Notes under the pieces: model-generated | Databases searched by the model: none | Seen by the model: only the letters and a program-made list of their open reading frames with translations | What the model was told of the DNA's origin: nothing | Made by a program: the position numbers and the translations under genes | Shown here: in pieces, positions 62,882 through 64,000 of the stretch | Layout: every line of letters starts with the position of its first letter | How positions within the stretch are numbered: the first letter of the stretch is position 1 | Assembly (NCBI GenBank): GCA_047495785.1 | Contig: JBLDXI010000025.1 | Coordinates: 1,054,001-1,118,000 of the forward strand | Reading direction: 5' to 3' | Origin: Lepidodermella squamata | Taxonomy: Eukaryota > Animalia > Gastrotricha | DNA length: 64,000 bases

Positions 62882-63956
62882 ATGAAATCATTCGTTCTTC
62901 TCATTCTTTTGATCCTTGTCAACGCGGCATCGTCTCAGCAGTGTGCTGGCGCATTTGCGCAATGTGGCGGTCAAACATGGACTGGGGCTAAATGTTGCGT
63001 CTCTGGCTACCAATGCCAGTACAACAACGATTGGTACTGGCAATGTGTTCCGATACCGACTCAATCCAACGGCTGTTCGAATGGCCAATATGCCCAATGT
63101 GGAGGCAATGGTTACACAGGCCTAACGTGCTGCCCAACCAACTATGTCTGCATCTATTCGAATGACTGGTACTCACAATGCAGGCCAAGCTCCGAAGCCT
63201 CGACCGCGCCCACAAGTTCTGCACCATCTGTAACAACGTCAACTGGAGCTCCTTCGACTAGTACTACAACAACCACTACAACTACTACTACCCAGTCCCC
63301 TACTACATCTACCACTACTACAAGAGCACCTTCTACCACTTCGGCCGGTACTCAAGCTCCATCTTCTTCCACTACCCCTTCAGGAGCTTGTAACAACCTC
63401 CTTTGGAACCAATGTGATGGTATCGGCTATAATGGTCCTAAATGTTGCCCATCCGGTTCTGTCTGCGTCTATGGAAATGACTGGTACTGGCAATGCAAAC
63501 CTGGATCTACCGATCCTACAACTCAACCTCCTCAAACTTCAACAACTCCTGCAGGACCTACCACAACTCAAGCCCCACCGCCAACAAGCTTCAACTACGC
63601 TGAAGTTCTTGGAAAGTCGCTCACCTTCTACTATGGTCAAATGTCTGGCAACATTTCGGGAACATTCAACACCTTAACGTGGCGAGGAGACAGCGCTATG
63701 ACTGATGGTGCTGATAATGGCGTCGATCTGACTGGTGGCTATTACGACGCTGGAGATCATGTCAAATTCAGCCATCCCATGTCTTACTCAATGTACATGC
63801 TATCATTCAGTGGATTGCTATACGAGCAAACCTACAAAGCTACAGGCGAGGAATGGCAAAGACTCCTTAATGTTGTCAAATGGGGCACGGATTATTTCCT
63901 CAAAAGCCACACTTCCCGATATGAATTCTATGGACAAGTCGGTCGAGGTGAACTTG
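62882..63956 (+). CDS. Secreted GH9 endo-beta-1,4-glucanase with three N-terminal CBM1 domains (first exon; gene continues beyond window)
   Basis: Signal MKSFVLLILLILVNAASS; three QC(G/D)G..(W/Y)xG..CC....C...NDWY(W/S)QC modules; Ser/Thr/Pro linkers; GH9 motifs YAEVLGKSLTFY, WRGDSA, DLTGGYYDAGDHVKF, VKWGTDYFLK, YGQVG; donor GTAAGT at 63957. Confidence 0.93.
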
Positions 63957-64000
63957 GTAAGTCTATGGACCATCAAATTTCGATATTTTGAATATTTTTT

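Overview
Eukaryotic, almost certainly metazoan, DNA: GT-AG introns of about 50-60 nt, a nuclear receptor, and a Ly6/three-finger gene. From left to right it contains: (1) divergent tRNA-His and tRNA-Ser genes; (2) an ankyrin gene split by a 5'-truncated LINE with a 10-bp target-site duplication; (3) a three-exon cytochrome P450 with an atypical, fungal GliC-like I-helix; (4) a ~51-kb same-strand array of secreted M13 (neprilysin-like) metallopeptidases, with 11 full-length copies (one catalytically dead, one frameshifted), a decayed pseudogene and duplication scars. The array is interrupted by a ~7.7-kb piggyBac element. Besides an intron-containing transposase that retains its DDD triad, this element carries cargo genes: a GEX1/Kar5/Brambleberry-like membrane protein, a BEN-like protein, and a single-pass membrane protein with an AT-hook plus a decayed paralogue. 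Also present are nested transposon debris and a double three-finger/mucin membrane gene. At the right end are a seven-exon divergent nuclear receptor largely missed by the ORF track and, head-to-head with it, a secreted GH9 cellulase with three fungal-type CBM1 domains that runs off the window. All family assignments come from motif recognition by eye; no searches were run.
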